Shown in pieces: positions 21,136 to 31,638 of a stretch of DNA of 64,000 bases. Location of the stretch: positions 124,001 through 188,000 of IMG/VR virus record IMGVR_UViG_3300042562_001598; one strand, given 5' to 3'. The notes beneath the pieces are model-generated. The model saw only the letters and a program-made list of their open reading frames with translations. It had not been told where the DNA came from and did not search any database. Position 1 is the stretch's first letter; each line of letters opens with the position of its first letter. A program made the translations under genes and the position numbers.

Positions 21136-22763
21136 ATGAACTTAAACGAAAACATACAGAGAATAAAACAAATGATGGGGGTCATAACTGAAGATAGGTC
21201 ATCAATAAATGTGTTAAGAAGATTACCAAGGGTTAAAAAATTATTAGATGTGATTTTAGAATATTCACATCCTTGTGATTTTGGTAATGTTCAACATTTT
21301 ATTGATGGAATATTATACGATATTGATACTTTTTTAATTGCGTATGAAATGGAAGGTATGTCTTCAGGTGAGATAAAAGAGTTTATTTCAGAATATTTAA
21401 GTGATGATATTGAGAGATATTATTATGATAGTAAAGAAGATTGTTAATATGAACCTACAAGAAAAGATAAGAACCCTATTAAGGGAACAAAGTGAACAAA
21501 AGGTGGAGATTAAACCACCAATATTCTTTAGAAGAAGAGTAACCCAAGATGAAACGGATAAAAACTTCAGACATAGTGTAGTTTATGTAATCAATAATTT
21601 CCGAAAATATCGCAATTTATTCAACTTTAATGATTATGGTGTTGATAAATTCAAACGCGCCGTCATAATTGTCTTAATAGATGAATATAGTGATATACTA
21701 TCAGATAGTGATGATTTCCCTTATGATGAGATGTATGATTATCTATATAACCATTATGAATCTGAAATGGAAGATAGGTATAATGAACTTGTTAATGATT
21801 TGCAGGAGAACATAAATGAATCAACATTCTTTAAAAGAAGAAGTGATATAGAAAAGATAAAAGATTTATTACCATTATTTGTAGATGATGTTTTCTATGA
21901 GTCTGAAAATTTTGAGGACTTCAAATATCAATTAACAATAAGAGCATTAGAATATTATATATGGTTAACCCATAAGTTATCCTGGGACGAACTACCATAT
22001 GAGGAAGAGACAGATTTTGTTAATCAAATAAGTGAAGTATTAAACGATACAATTAAAGAACTTTACAACACCAAGATTTAATATGAACTTAAACGAAAAC
22101 ATACATAGAATAAAATCAATGATGGGGATTAATGAATCCGAAGAGGAGGTATTTTATATATTTAACCCAAAGGATAATAAAATTATAGGGTTTAATATAA
22201 CATCCGAGGACGAGTTAAATAATTTGTTGTATGATGATAACGGACATAATCTTGGTTATGGGTGGGGATTACAAGTAAATAGATTTGATTCCTTAGATGA
22301 CATTCAACAATGGAACCAAGAAAAAATGGGGGATAGAAATACTAAAGAGACTCAAAACTCAAAATATCCTGATTTAAGTTATATCGCATCAAATTTAAGA
22401 AAAATTGATGGATTAGACTATTACACCATTAACAGAGGTAGTTGTTTCAAGTTCGCAAAAGAAATATCTGAATTAGGTTACAATACATTTACGTTCATAT
22501 TCTCAAATGAAGAACAAGAAGTTATACATGTTTATATAAAACTTAATAACAACTTATATTTTGATGCAACCGGTTTCCATTCTAAAAAAGAAATAAAAGA
22601 CGAATACATTAGTGGGGAAGATAATGATATGTATGATTCAGATATATCAGAATTAGACCACTACTGTAGTTTAGATACATATAATACTCTAACAACAATA
22701 CCAATCTCCAATCAATTATGGAAGAAAGTTGTAAGTGTAATTAAAAAATCCTCATCCAATTAA
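21136..22763 (+). CDS. Three leader-tagged acidic hypothetical proteins (21136..21447, 21449..22081, 22083..22763)
   Basis: MNLNENIxRIKxMMG / MNLQEKIRTLLRE leaders; TATTTAT at 21115. Confidence 0.75.
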
Positions 22764-22779
22764 AAAAGGTGGGGATTTT

Positions 22780-23699
22780 ATCTTTATATCAATTATGTAA
22801 TTTGATTATGAACTATATCAACTCAATTCATTTCTCACTGGCGTGAGAACCACTACATTCTTCACTATCGTTCAGAACTCCGTTATTCATTTCGTTAATA
22901 CATTTCATAATCAAATTCTTCAATTAATATCCTAATATTTGACTTTTATATACTATACTCGGATAACAAATGTAAATATACACATTCCCCCCATATAAGA
23001 ACATCCTATAGTAATATATTTATCCCCCCCATATAAGTTCCCTATTCAGAGGGACATATATAAAAGAGATAAGTATTTCGGTTAAGTAATCTGTTTATAG
23101 GGAATATATTATTAATCAATCCTTGATTATTAAGTTATTCTTTAGTAGATTTAATGTGGAATATCGTTTAACCCCTATATAAGTGAATTATTAAATGGGT
23201 TAAAATAATGAGGTATAACCTCATAAAATAACCTGAATGATAATTGGTCTGTGGGTTATGGAATATGTCGTTAAATGGGGGTTAAAATGACCTCTACGAG
23301 GGCTCGTTGAAGATACCATTCTAACACACTACGTGTTTCCACCGCCTATGAACCATAACTATAATTTCTTGCTGGGAAACATAGATAGTAAATAAAGTGG
23401 TCTTTACGGTATCACCAGGGGGAATAAATTGGTCTTTACACTATTGTAACAACCATATTCGGTGGTAATCTGTGGTAGATTATGGTAAGTCTAATAGTCT
23501 GAAATAGTGGTGGGGGGATTATCCCCCATTCAACACTCACCTGACATTCTGACATAATCAAGAAAATTAGCATAAAGTTATTAACAAAATTGGTCTTGTA
23601 GATACCCCCAGGATAAACACTATAATAAATAATGAGTATAAATAACGGGTATAATTTGTACCGATTATAAATAAGTAATAAATAATTAATATAAATAAG
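22780..23699. other. About 0.9-kb non-coding region with short iterated motifs
   Basis: No credible ORF; repeats of aa(g/t)tggtct, cccc(c)atataag and ttaaatggg(gg)ttaaaat. Confidence 0.6.
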
Positions 23700-23987
23700 A
23701 TGGAATATTTGGTTGATGTGCCGGTTAGTGTAAGACATGATGGTCATATATACTTTGTGGAGTATAATGATGGGGGTAATACTGGTGAGTGCATATATGA
23801 ATATGGTGGTGTGGGAAAGAGTGGGAAGATATTGGTTATGACAAGTTGTCGTATGGATGATATTATCTCTGGGGTGAATAGTAGGAAACCGTTAATGGAT
23901 GGGGACTTCTATGGATTATCAATGCACATCCGGGAACATTCACTATGGCAGGTAATGGAATATATTGATAAATATTCCAAGGTATGA
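23700..23987 (+). CDS. Hypothetical protein
   Basis: 95-aa ORF with ATG after an A-rich leader. Confidence 0.5.
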   Translation: MEYLVDVPVSVRHDGHIYFVEYNDGGNTGECIYEYGGVGKSGKILVMTSCRMDDIISGVNSRKPLMDGDFYGLSMHIREHSLWQVMEYIDKYSKV

Positions 23988-24020
23988 TGGTTTTTTTGGG
24001 GAATGGGTATATTTATATAA

Positions 24021-24192
24021 GACCCTCCTAACGGCGGGCAGGAATAAGATATCCATTTCCCCACTGTTGGGAATTTGCCATTCAGGGACAGGTGCTCGTA
24101 AAGAACTGGGGGATTGATTGTTTCAAGAACATATAAAAATTTAAGACTTACCTTCGGTCGGTCTAACGACACCTCCTATATGGGGGATTTTG
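24021..24192 (+). ncRNA. Candidate structured non-coding RNA
   Basis: GC-richer ORF-free stretch after TATTTAT (24010-24016) with hairpins ttccc/gggaa, agact/ggtct and terminal cctcc/ggggg+tttt. Confidence 0.35.
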
Positions 24193-24196
24193 TGTT

Positions 24197-26760
24197 TTAG
24201 TTAAGTTCATCGTATATCTCCAGGGTAACAAGGTTCCATACCGGAAGTTCTATTGATTTATATGGGGGATTATAAATGGACTGGGGATAATCATACCTGG
24301 TCTTTATCCAAAGGGGTGTATCAATATTGAGACTTATTGAACTATACACTATACCCTTAACTGACTTCCCCAATGTAATCTTTGTTTTCATAATCTAAAA
24401 TTTGTTGAATTATTAACAGGGTCAACCAATAACCTCCATACTAAATCATATATTGGACCATGCACGGAACTCATCAATGAACGACTAACTGAACGCCACA
24501 CTGAACTCCTCACTTTATCCCTAACTGATTTCCCCAATCTAATCCTGGGGGTAATAACTTCTTTCATATACTATTCTTTATTGAATTATTAACTGAACCA
24601 TACACTAAATTCCACACTGAACTATATACTGAAATATTCACTGAACGCCTAACTGAACAACTCACTGAACTATGTACGGAACTATACATTGAATTATCTA
24701 CTGAACCATACACTAAATTCCACACTGAATTCCACACTAACTTATCCACCGGTTTACCCAATCTAATCCTGGGGGTAATAACTTCTTTCATATACTATTC
24801 TTTATTGAATTATTAACTGAACGCCAAGCTGAACTATACACTGAATCATATACTGAATTCTGCACCGAACTATCCACTGAACCACACACTATACTCCTCA
24901 ATGAAATATCCACTGAACTACTCACTGAATCATACACTGACCTCCTCACTTTACGATTAACCGATTTCCCCAAGACTAACTTTGTTTTCATAATATAAAA
25001 CTTGAACTCCACACCGAATTAAACACTGAAATATTTACTGAACCACACACTATACTCCTCACTGAACTATCCACTGAATAATACACTGACTTCCTCACTT
25101 TAACCTTAACCGATTTCCCCAAGACTAACTTGGGGGTAATAATCTTATTATCCATAATCTAAAATTTGTTGAACTATATACTGAAATATTCACTGAGCGT
25201 CTAACTGAAAACCAGACTGAACTATGTACTAAATCCCACAATGAACTACCCACTGAACTACTCAATGACCTATTCACTGACCTACTAACTGATTCCCCCA
25301 ATGTAATCCTGGGGGTTATTACTTCTTTCATAATCTATTCTTTATTGATTCACGTATTGGACGACTAACTGAACTCTTCACTGAACTATGCACTGACCTT
25401 TCTACTGAATGATACAATGAAATATCCACAGAACTACTTACTAAACGACTAGCTGAATAATCCCTCAATGAATGATACACTGAACGATTAATTGAATCCC
25501 ACAATTTATCCTTAACAGATTCTCTAATTCTAATCTTTGTTTTCATAATCTATTTATTATTGAACTCCTCACTGACCTTATCACTGAACTATTCACTGAA
25601 CGATACACTGAACGATACACTGAACGATATACTGAACTCCTAACAGAACCCCTCACTGAACGATTCACCGAACTATTCACTGACCTTATCACTGAACTAC
25701 TCACTGAACTATCCACTTTACCCTTAACTGACTTCCCCAATGTAATCCTGGGGGATATTACTTCTTTCATAATCTATTCTTTATTGATTCATTAACTGAA
25801 CCCTTAATTGAACTCCATACTGAATTAGTCACTGGTCTCCACACCGAATCATCCACTGACCTAACCACTGTAGTATTAACCGACCCCATACTTGAACCCA
25901 CCACATAATCATGTAGATAAACTCTCACTTTACGATTAACCGGTTTCCCCAATGTAATCTTTGTTTTCATAATATAAAATTTGTTAAACTCCTGATTGGA
26001 GAATCCACTGAACGCCTAACTGAAATATACACCGAACTACTCACTGAACTATATACTGAACCATGCACTGACCTTTCTACTGAACTATATACTGAACCAT
26101 GCACGGAATTATCTACTGAACTCAACACTAACTTATTAACCGACTTCCCCAATCTTATCCTGGGGGATATAACTTCTTTCATATTCTATTCTTTATTGAA
26201 CTATATACTGAATTACTCACTGAACTCTCCACTGAAGACCTTACCAATCTCCATACTGAATCATACACTGGAATATTTACTGAACCACACAATGCACCAA
26301 TCATTGACATATCCAGCGAACTTCTTAATTTATCACTAACTGACCTCCCCAATTTAATATTTGTATTCATTATTAAAAGTTGTTGGATACCACAATGAAT
26401 CACACACTGCATCACATACAGAATCACGCAATAACCAATTCACTGAACTATACACGGAACTATATACAGAATCGTACACTGTAATCCTAAGTGAACTACT
26501 TATTTCACCCTTAACCGGTTTCCCCAATCTAATCCTGGGGGTCATAACTTCTTTCATATTCTAATGTTTATTGAATTAGTCACTGACCTATATACTGAAC
26601 GATATACTGAACTACTCACCGAAATATCCACTGAACTCTTAACTGAATTCCTAACTGGTCTACTTACTGAATTAGCCACTAAATCATACACTGACCTACT
26701 TACTTTATCCATAACCAAACTCCCCAATCTTATCCTGGGGGTTATTACTTTACCATCCAT
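24197..26760 (-). CDS. SVxx-repeat small-protein array 2: 13 coupled paralogous genes
   Basis: Starts 26760, 26557, 26370, 26182, 25970, 25770, 25546, 25331, 25155, 24991, 24791, 24567, 24391; MKEVITPRIRLGKSV and MKTKITLGKSV heads. Confidence 0.88.
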
Positions 26761-26780
26761 ATCACTTAACAATTAAACCA

Positions 26781-26788
26781 CAAAGATA
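26781..26788 (-). promoter_or_regulatory. Bacteroidota-type -7 promoter box (TATCTTTG) upstream of array 2
   Basis: caaagata on + strand about 20 bp upstream of the first ATG. Confidence 0.65.
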
Positions 26789-26844
26789 ATCATTTATTCA
26801 TTACAATCCTAATCCATCCTGGGGGAATAACAATCCCTTATATA

Positions 26845-26925
26845 AAAATAAAAGGTAGGTCGCCGTCTACTCTACCCGATTGTAAAACAAATCGCGCCCC
26901 CGTGGAAGTCTTATCCCCCATTTCC
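26845..26925 (-). ncRNA. Candidate ~80-nt small RNA
   Basis: TATCTTTG box at 26932-26939 (-), internal hairpin cgatttgt-ttt-acaatcg, terminal ggtag..ctacc hairpin + T run, no ORF. Confidence 0.4.
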
Positions 26926-26939
26926 GTTATACAAAGATA

Positions 26940-27390
26940 CAAAACCCCCAGGTATAAACCAAACTTATATTCATAAAGTTATTAACATGACATATAGTCT
27001 GTTGATAACTTTCCCCCATTGTTAATAACTTCCTATTGTCAGTGCGTCAGGTTCATAACTTGTTAATAACTTCTAACCACCAGGGGAGGGAGCCACTTAA
27101 ATGGTTCATTATTAGGTTGTTATACCGGGCTGCCTGGGGCGTATGGGGGGGCGCTACCTACTGCCCCCGTATCCCCCTTCCTTCCTGCCCCCTGTCAAAG
27201 TGTCAGAAGGGGGGATAATCCCAAGAATGAAGTGTATGGGTAAAAAAAACTTTATAGGAAAATTGTTGGAAAAAGGTAAAATAAATTTCTGGAAAAAATT
27301 GGGGAAATGAGTCCCCCATTTACAGGGGTGGTTTAGAAATGATTTATGTATGTTTTTTCATTTTAGGTTATATTTATTATAAAAAAATAT
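26940..27390. other. Putative replication origin / DNA-handling site
   Basis: Divergent gene orientation; five GTT(A/G/C)ATAACTT-type repeats; GC-rich G/C-run block 27080-27220; A-tracts 27240-27310. Confidence 0.5.
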
Positions 27391-27393
27391 TAT

Positions 27394-27777
27394 ATGAAAA
27401 AAGTTATAACATTAACAGAAAACGATTTGGTTCGTTTAATTAAAAAAGTAATTAGTGAACAAATGAAAGTTGACGATTCAGAAGTTTCTCAATTTATTAA
27501 AACACCCAATAAATTAGTTATTCTTGATTTTACAGCTGAATGGTGTGGTCCTTGTCAAAAGATTAAAAAACATTTTGACGAGATTATTGAAAACCCTAAA
27601 TTGAGTAACAAATTTATTTTAGGTTCTTATGATTTTAGTTTTAGTTCACCGTTAGCGAAGAAATATAATATTCAAGGAATACCTTATGTTATGTTTTTTA
27701 GAAATGGTAAAATGATTCATAAGTTTGTAGGGTATAAAGACAAAGAACATATTGTTTCTTTAATACAGAAACTTTAA
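27394..27777 (+). CDS. trxA: Thioredoxin fused to an MKKVITLTENDL leader
   Basis: LDFTAEWCGPCQ, YNIQGIP. Confidence 0.88.
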   Translation: MKKVITLTENDLVRLIKKVISEQMKVDDSEVSQFIKTPNKLVILDFTAEWCGPCQKIKKHFDEIIENPKLSNKFILGSYDFSFSSPLAKKYNIQGIPYVMFFRNGKMIHKFVGYKDKEHIVSLIQKL

Positions 27778-27990
27778 TAATCCCCCTCTTCAACGGAGGG
27801 GTTTTTTATTTTCTATAAACACGAGCCCTTTATATATGGAGGGGTCAATAGTGAAAAAAAAATTCTGGGAAAATTTTCAGAAAAAGGGGATTAGTATATA
27901 TCTTCAACGAAAGGGGTTTTTTTATATCATCAATGTTGATTCTATAGTTTTTTATTTGTATGATTATATAAACCTTAAAATTTATATATT

Positions 27991-28281
27991 ATGTCAGAAC
28001 AAACGGAACAAAGTGTAAAGACCATTGCGGTATTTGTGAGAGAGTATTATGAAACATCTATTGTTAGAGAGCCTATTGAGTTGAATATTGGGGATTACCC
28101 TGAATTGGAGGGTATGACCCAGGATGAGGCAATTGATTATGTTGAATCTAACGCTTGGGAGATGAAAGCAACCATTGATGATTATGATTCACTTGCTGAC
28201 CAACTCAGTGATATGGATATTCGTAGAGATAAGATTACCAATGAGACCCAAGAGATTAATGCGGTTAAAGAAATGTTTTAA
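27991..28281 (+). CDS. Acidic hypothetical protein
   Basis: 96-aa ORF followed by a terminator. Confidence 0.7.
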   Translation: MSEQTEQSVKTIAVFVREYYETSIVREPIELNIGDYPELEGMTQDEAIDYVESNAWEMKATIDDYDSLADQLSDMDIRRDKITNETQEINAVKEMF

Positions 28282-28287
28282 TTAACT

Positions 28288-28702
28288 CCCCCAATTATTT
28301 TATAGTTGGGGTTTTTTTTATTTTATGATATATTTATATTTAAATAAAATTAAAAAATTAAAAACATGGGAAAAGTAATTAGATTAAGTGAAGACGATTT
28401 AAGTCGTTTGGTTAGAAAAATAATAAGTGAAGCGGTTATTGCTGAATCATTTGATGATGTTGTAAACTATTTAGGTATTACACCTAATGAAAAAGGGAAT
28501 ATAAGTTTTAATTATAACCCACAAACCGGTCTTTATTTGACAAATACTAAAAATAACAGGAATTGTATATTAAAAATTACTCCACCAAAAACTCAACCAA
28601 CTCAACCGGTACGATAAAAAAATATATATTATTTACACCCCCAATTATTTTATATAGTTGGGGTTTTTTTTATTTTATGATATATTTATATTTAAATAAA
28701 AT
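28288..28702 (+). repeat. ~63-bp direct repeat (terminator + TATTTAT motif) flanking 28366..28617
   Basis: cccccaattattttata(ta)gttggggttttttttattttatgatatatttatatttaaataaaat at 28288 and 28638. Confidence 0.88.
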
Positions 28703-29027
28703 AATTAAATTATTAAATATGAAAAAAGTAATAAGATTAACTGAATCCGATTTGATGAGGATTGTTAGAAGAGTGATTAAAGAGAATAACGCACCTGAAA
28801 GATATGTTATAGATATTGAAACGGGTAAAATGGTTGGAACACATCAATATGGTGTTGGTTTTACTGTAAATAAAATTGGTGAGAGAATGGGTTATGAATC
28901 AGACCCTGTTAGTATCCCTGATGGAACAAAGATGGAAGATAATGATAACTCCCCTATGAGAATGGACAGATTTAATGATAGAGCTGAAATGCCTCGTATG
29001 AGAAGGTATAATGATTCACTTGAATAA
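28366..29027 (+). CDS. Two leader-tagged hypothetical proteins (28366..28617, 28719..29027)
   Basis: MGKVIRLSEDDL / MKKVIRLTESDL leaders. Confidence 0.75.
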
Positions 29028-29139
29028 CATAAATTATTTATTAACCCCCATTTTCTTAATTGAACTTGGGGGTTTTTTATTTAATATAAATTTGTTTTAT
29101 ATGGGGTAATTATATATCTTTGTTGAAAATAAATTAGAT

Positions 29140-29640
29140 ATGAAAACAATAAAAGATTACATAGGTAAAGACTTTATATATGTTGAGCTTCCTGAAACTG
29201 TATATACCGTTAAAGAGTGTATTGGGGATTTTGTTAAGATAACTTGGGATAATCGTGATGTTCATTATCATATATCTCAAGTGACGGATTTTTTTGGTGA
29301 GGGTATTTGGGAATTAATTGATTCATCAGATGTTGAGATAAGTTATGATGGTGGGGATATGGAACGATTAGATACTGGACTCACCAGGAGAATTGATTAT
29401 AAGGATTGGGTTTTATATAAAGGGACTGAATATGTTAGGGAAGAAACTCTATTTCTAAAACATAAGTTAATTGATTTCCATACCATAACTTGGAAAGAAA
29501 GATTTGGGAATGTTGATGTGGAATTTTATACAGATGATAAAGGTTGGTCTAAAGATGGTTATCAGGATAAGAATAATCTCACCCCCGAGATTGAGTTGGA
29601 GTTTAAGAGAACAATTGGTAAGGACTTAATTTATAATTAA
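29140..29640 (+). CDS. Hypothetical protein
   Basis: TATCTTTG at 29115; 166-aa ORF. Confidence 0.7.
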   Translation: MKTIKDYIGKDFIYVELPETVYTVKECIGDFVKITWDNRDVHYHISQVTDFFGEGIWELIDSSDVEISYDGGDMERLDTGLTRRIDYKDWVLYKGTEYVREETLFLKHKLIDFHTITWKERFGNVDVEFYTDDKGWSKDGYQDKNNLTPEIELEFKRTIGKDLIYN

Positions 29641-29749
29641 TTATATTGGGGGGAAGATAATTTATTATATACCCCGGACTCGTTCCACTCGCAAAGAATC
29701 CCCGGCCCTTTTTTTGGATATCGGCATATTTATATTAATATAATAGATT

Positions 29750-30430
29750 ATGAAGATTATAATTACTGAAAGACAAAAGAATTTATTGACGGAGACCATA
29801 CCTGCAGCCATTCGTAGAAGGTTGGACTCGGAGTATATTCACGAGATTGCTGAGAATATTATTGAATATGATATTGACCCTTGTGAATGGGAAGATACTA
29901 ATGATTTTATTGTTGATTTTGCTGATTTGATTGTTCATAACATTATTATTGATATCAATGATGGTGAGGCAACATCCAAAGAGAAGGACTTATTATGGCA
30001 TTATGTGATTGATAATTTTGGTGGTTATATCAGAAACTTATATATTAGAGAATGTCAATAGATTATGAAAATATTAATTAAAGAAGGAATTGTAAAGAAA
30101 ATGGTTAATCGTGTGTTAGGTTACGACTTAACCGACCATATTGAAATGATTACCAGTTGGGAAGAGTTGGACGAATCATTGAAAGATAATGTATTCACTA
30201 TTAATAAAAGTACTTTTAATTGGACTCTTAATAATTATGGTCCAATGTTTTGTTTTAATATTGGTGATACCAAATTCCTAGTTCAGAATCGCCCTGATGG
30301 ATGGTATATACGTAGTGATAATGATGATTTACCTCTTAATATAGAGGATGATGAATTATTGGATTATATTGGTATTGGTTTTATGGGAGTTAAACTCCAA
30401 CAAGTAATTGATGAATTTGTAGAAGAATAA
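29750..30430 (+). CDS. Two leader-tagged acidic hypothetical proteins (29750..30061, 30065..30430)
   Basis: MKIIITERQ and MKILIKEG starts; TATTTAT at 29727. Confidence 0.75.
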
Positions 30431-30571
30431 AATAATAAACCCCCTTGATTGGGGGTTTTTTTATGTTTTGTATCGCCGTAGTGAGGTTAAACCTCACAAA
30501 ACAACTATGAAAGATAACATTTTGTTGAAAAATAAAATAATAAACCCCCTTGATTGGGGGTTTTTTATGTT
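30425..30571 (+). repeat. Duplicated terminator (~42 bp) enclosing a ~60-bp spacer
   Basis: aataaaa(a)taataaacccccttgattgggggttttttatgtt twice. Confidence 0.88.
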
Positions 30572-30639
30572 CATTATTTTTATTTGTTTAAGTATCTGAA
30601 CTTTTTTATAAATTGAACATATTTATAATAAAAGCTATT

Positions 30640-31083
30640 ATGAAAAAATGTACAAAATGTGGTGAAACTAAAGAATCGTGTAATTTTAGACCAAGAGGTA
30701 AAAGTTTGTTTTCCTGGTGTAAAAAATGTGAGTCAATTGGTAATTATGCAAGAGCTAAAGCGAAATATGTCCCAAAACCAATAAAACCTAAAGTCTTTAA
30801 GAGTGTTGAGGAAATAAGAATCGCGGCTAAGAAAAGAATGTTAAAGCACCGATATGGCATTACTTTAGCACAATATGAAGATATGTATACTAATCAAAAT
30901 GGGAAATGTGGTATATGTAAAAAAGACTATCATTTAGGAGGTTCAAAAGGGTTATTTGTTGACCATAACCATAAAACTATGGAAGTTAGAGGATTACTTT
31001 GTAGAAATTGTAATTCAGCTATTGGTCAATTATATGAGTGTAAAGATATACTAAATGAAGCTATCAAATATTTAGACCTTTAA
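30640..31083 (+). CDS. Endonuclease VII-like (His-Me finger) nuclease, probable free-standing homing endonuclease
   Basis: CTKC..CKKC N-terminal Zn motif; YGITLAQYEDM..QNGKCGIC; VDHNH; VRGLLCRNCNSAIG. Confidence 0.88.
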   Translation: MKKCTKCGETKESCNFRPRGKSLFSWCKKCESIGNYARAKAKYVPKPIKPKVFKSVEEIRIAAKKRMLKHRYGITLAQYEDMYTNQNGKCGICKKDYHLGGSKGLFVDHNHKTMEVRGLLCRNCNSAIGQLYECKDILNEAIKYLDL

Positions 31084-31183
31084 CGAAATACATACTTCAT
31101 AAATGTTAAACATAAAGAAGATAATTTCTTATGTACCCCGAACTCCCTCCGGTCGCGAGAAATCCCCAGCCCCTTTTTTGGTA

Positions 31184-31609
31184 TTATTTTGTTTTGCCCC
31201 AGGTCTTACCTTTTCCTTTGTCTTTACACTTGGCAGGCGTTGGTCTACAGGCCGGATATTTGCTCCTGGATTCACCTTCTTGTCTTCCGCAAGCTTTGTA
31301 TCCACCTTTTCCATCTGGTGCGTTACAATCAACCCATCCGCCTTGTTTTCCTTTTGGTCCTTTTCTTTTGAACCATTGATGTAGTGATTCCTTTTCTGTT
31401 ACTTCGGTTGATTCTTTAATATCCTTCCAAATATTTCCTTTTCTGCATCTAACGATTGCTCCGGATTTATATGCCGATGGTTTATCGTATTTTCTATCCG
31501 CAATTCTTTGGCATCTATCTTTTTTCTTTTCTTCAAGGACTTCGGTCTCAATAAGAATTTGGTTGATTATTCTTATCAAATCTGATTCCGTTAATTTTAT
31601 AACTTTCAT
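31184..31609 (-). CDS. Leader-tagged basic Cys-containing protein
   Basis: MKVIKLTESDL leader; PSAYKSGAIVRCRK and LHQWF..GGWVDC..CGR..KYPACRP modules. Confidence 0.7.
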   Translation of the reverse strand: MKVIKLTESDLIRIINQILIETEVLEEKKKDRCQRIADRKYDKPSAYKSGAIVRCRKGNIWKDIKESTEVTEKESLHQWFKRKGPKGKQGGWVDCNAPDGKGGYKACGRQEGESRSKYPACRPTPAKCKDKGKGKTWGKTK

Positions 31610-31638
31610 AATCGTATTTTAATTATAAATATTATGGA

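Larger units (their letters stand above)
19071..22778 (+). repeat. Duplicated terminator hairpin (19071-19102 and about 22748-22778)
   Basis: atcc(c/t)catccaattaaaaaa(a)ggtggggattt at both sites, each overlapping a gene end (..SPSN*, ..SSSN*). Confidence 0.85.

Noticed and set aside
22857-22878. REP-like element (attcttcactatcgttcagaac)
   Set aside because: Single partial copy with no partner repeat or associated nuclease/transposase
23436-28018. ORFs 23436..23747(-), 23909..24172(-), 27036..27218(+), 27836..28018(+)
   Set aside because: Atypical composition and overlap with motif-rich non-coding DNA or better-supported genes; likely spurious
31103-31384. Overlapping ORFs at 31103, 31129, 31131 and 31189
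   Set aside because: Alternative frames of the GC-richer gene 31184..31609(-), which has the leader and upstream TATTTAT
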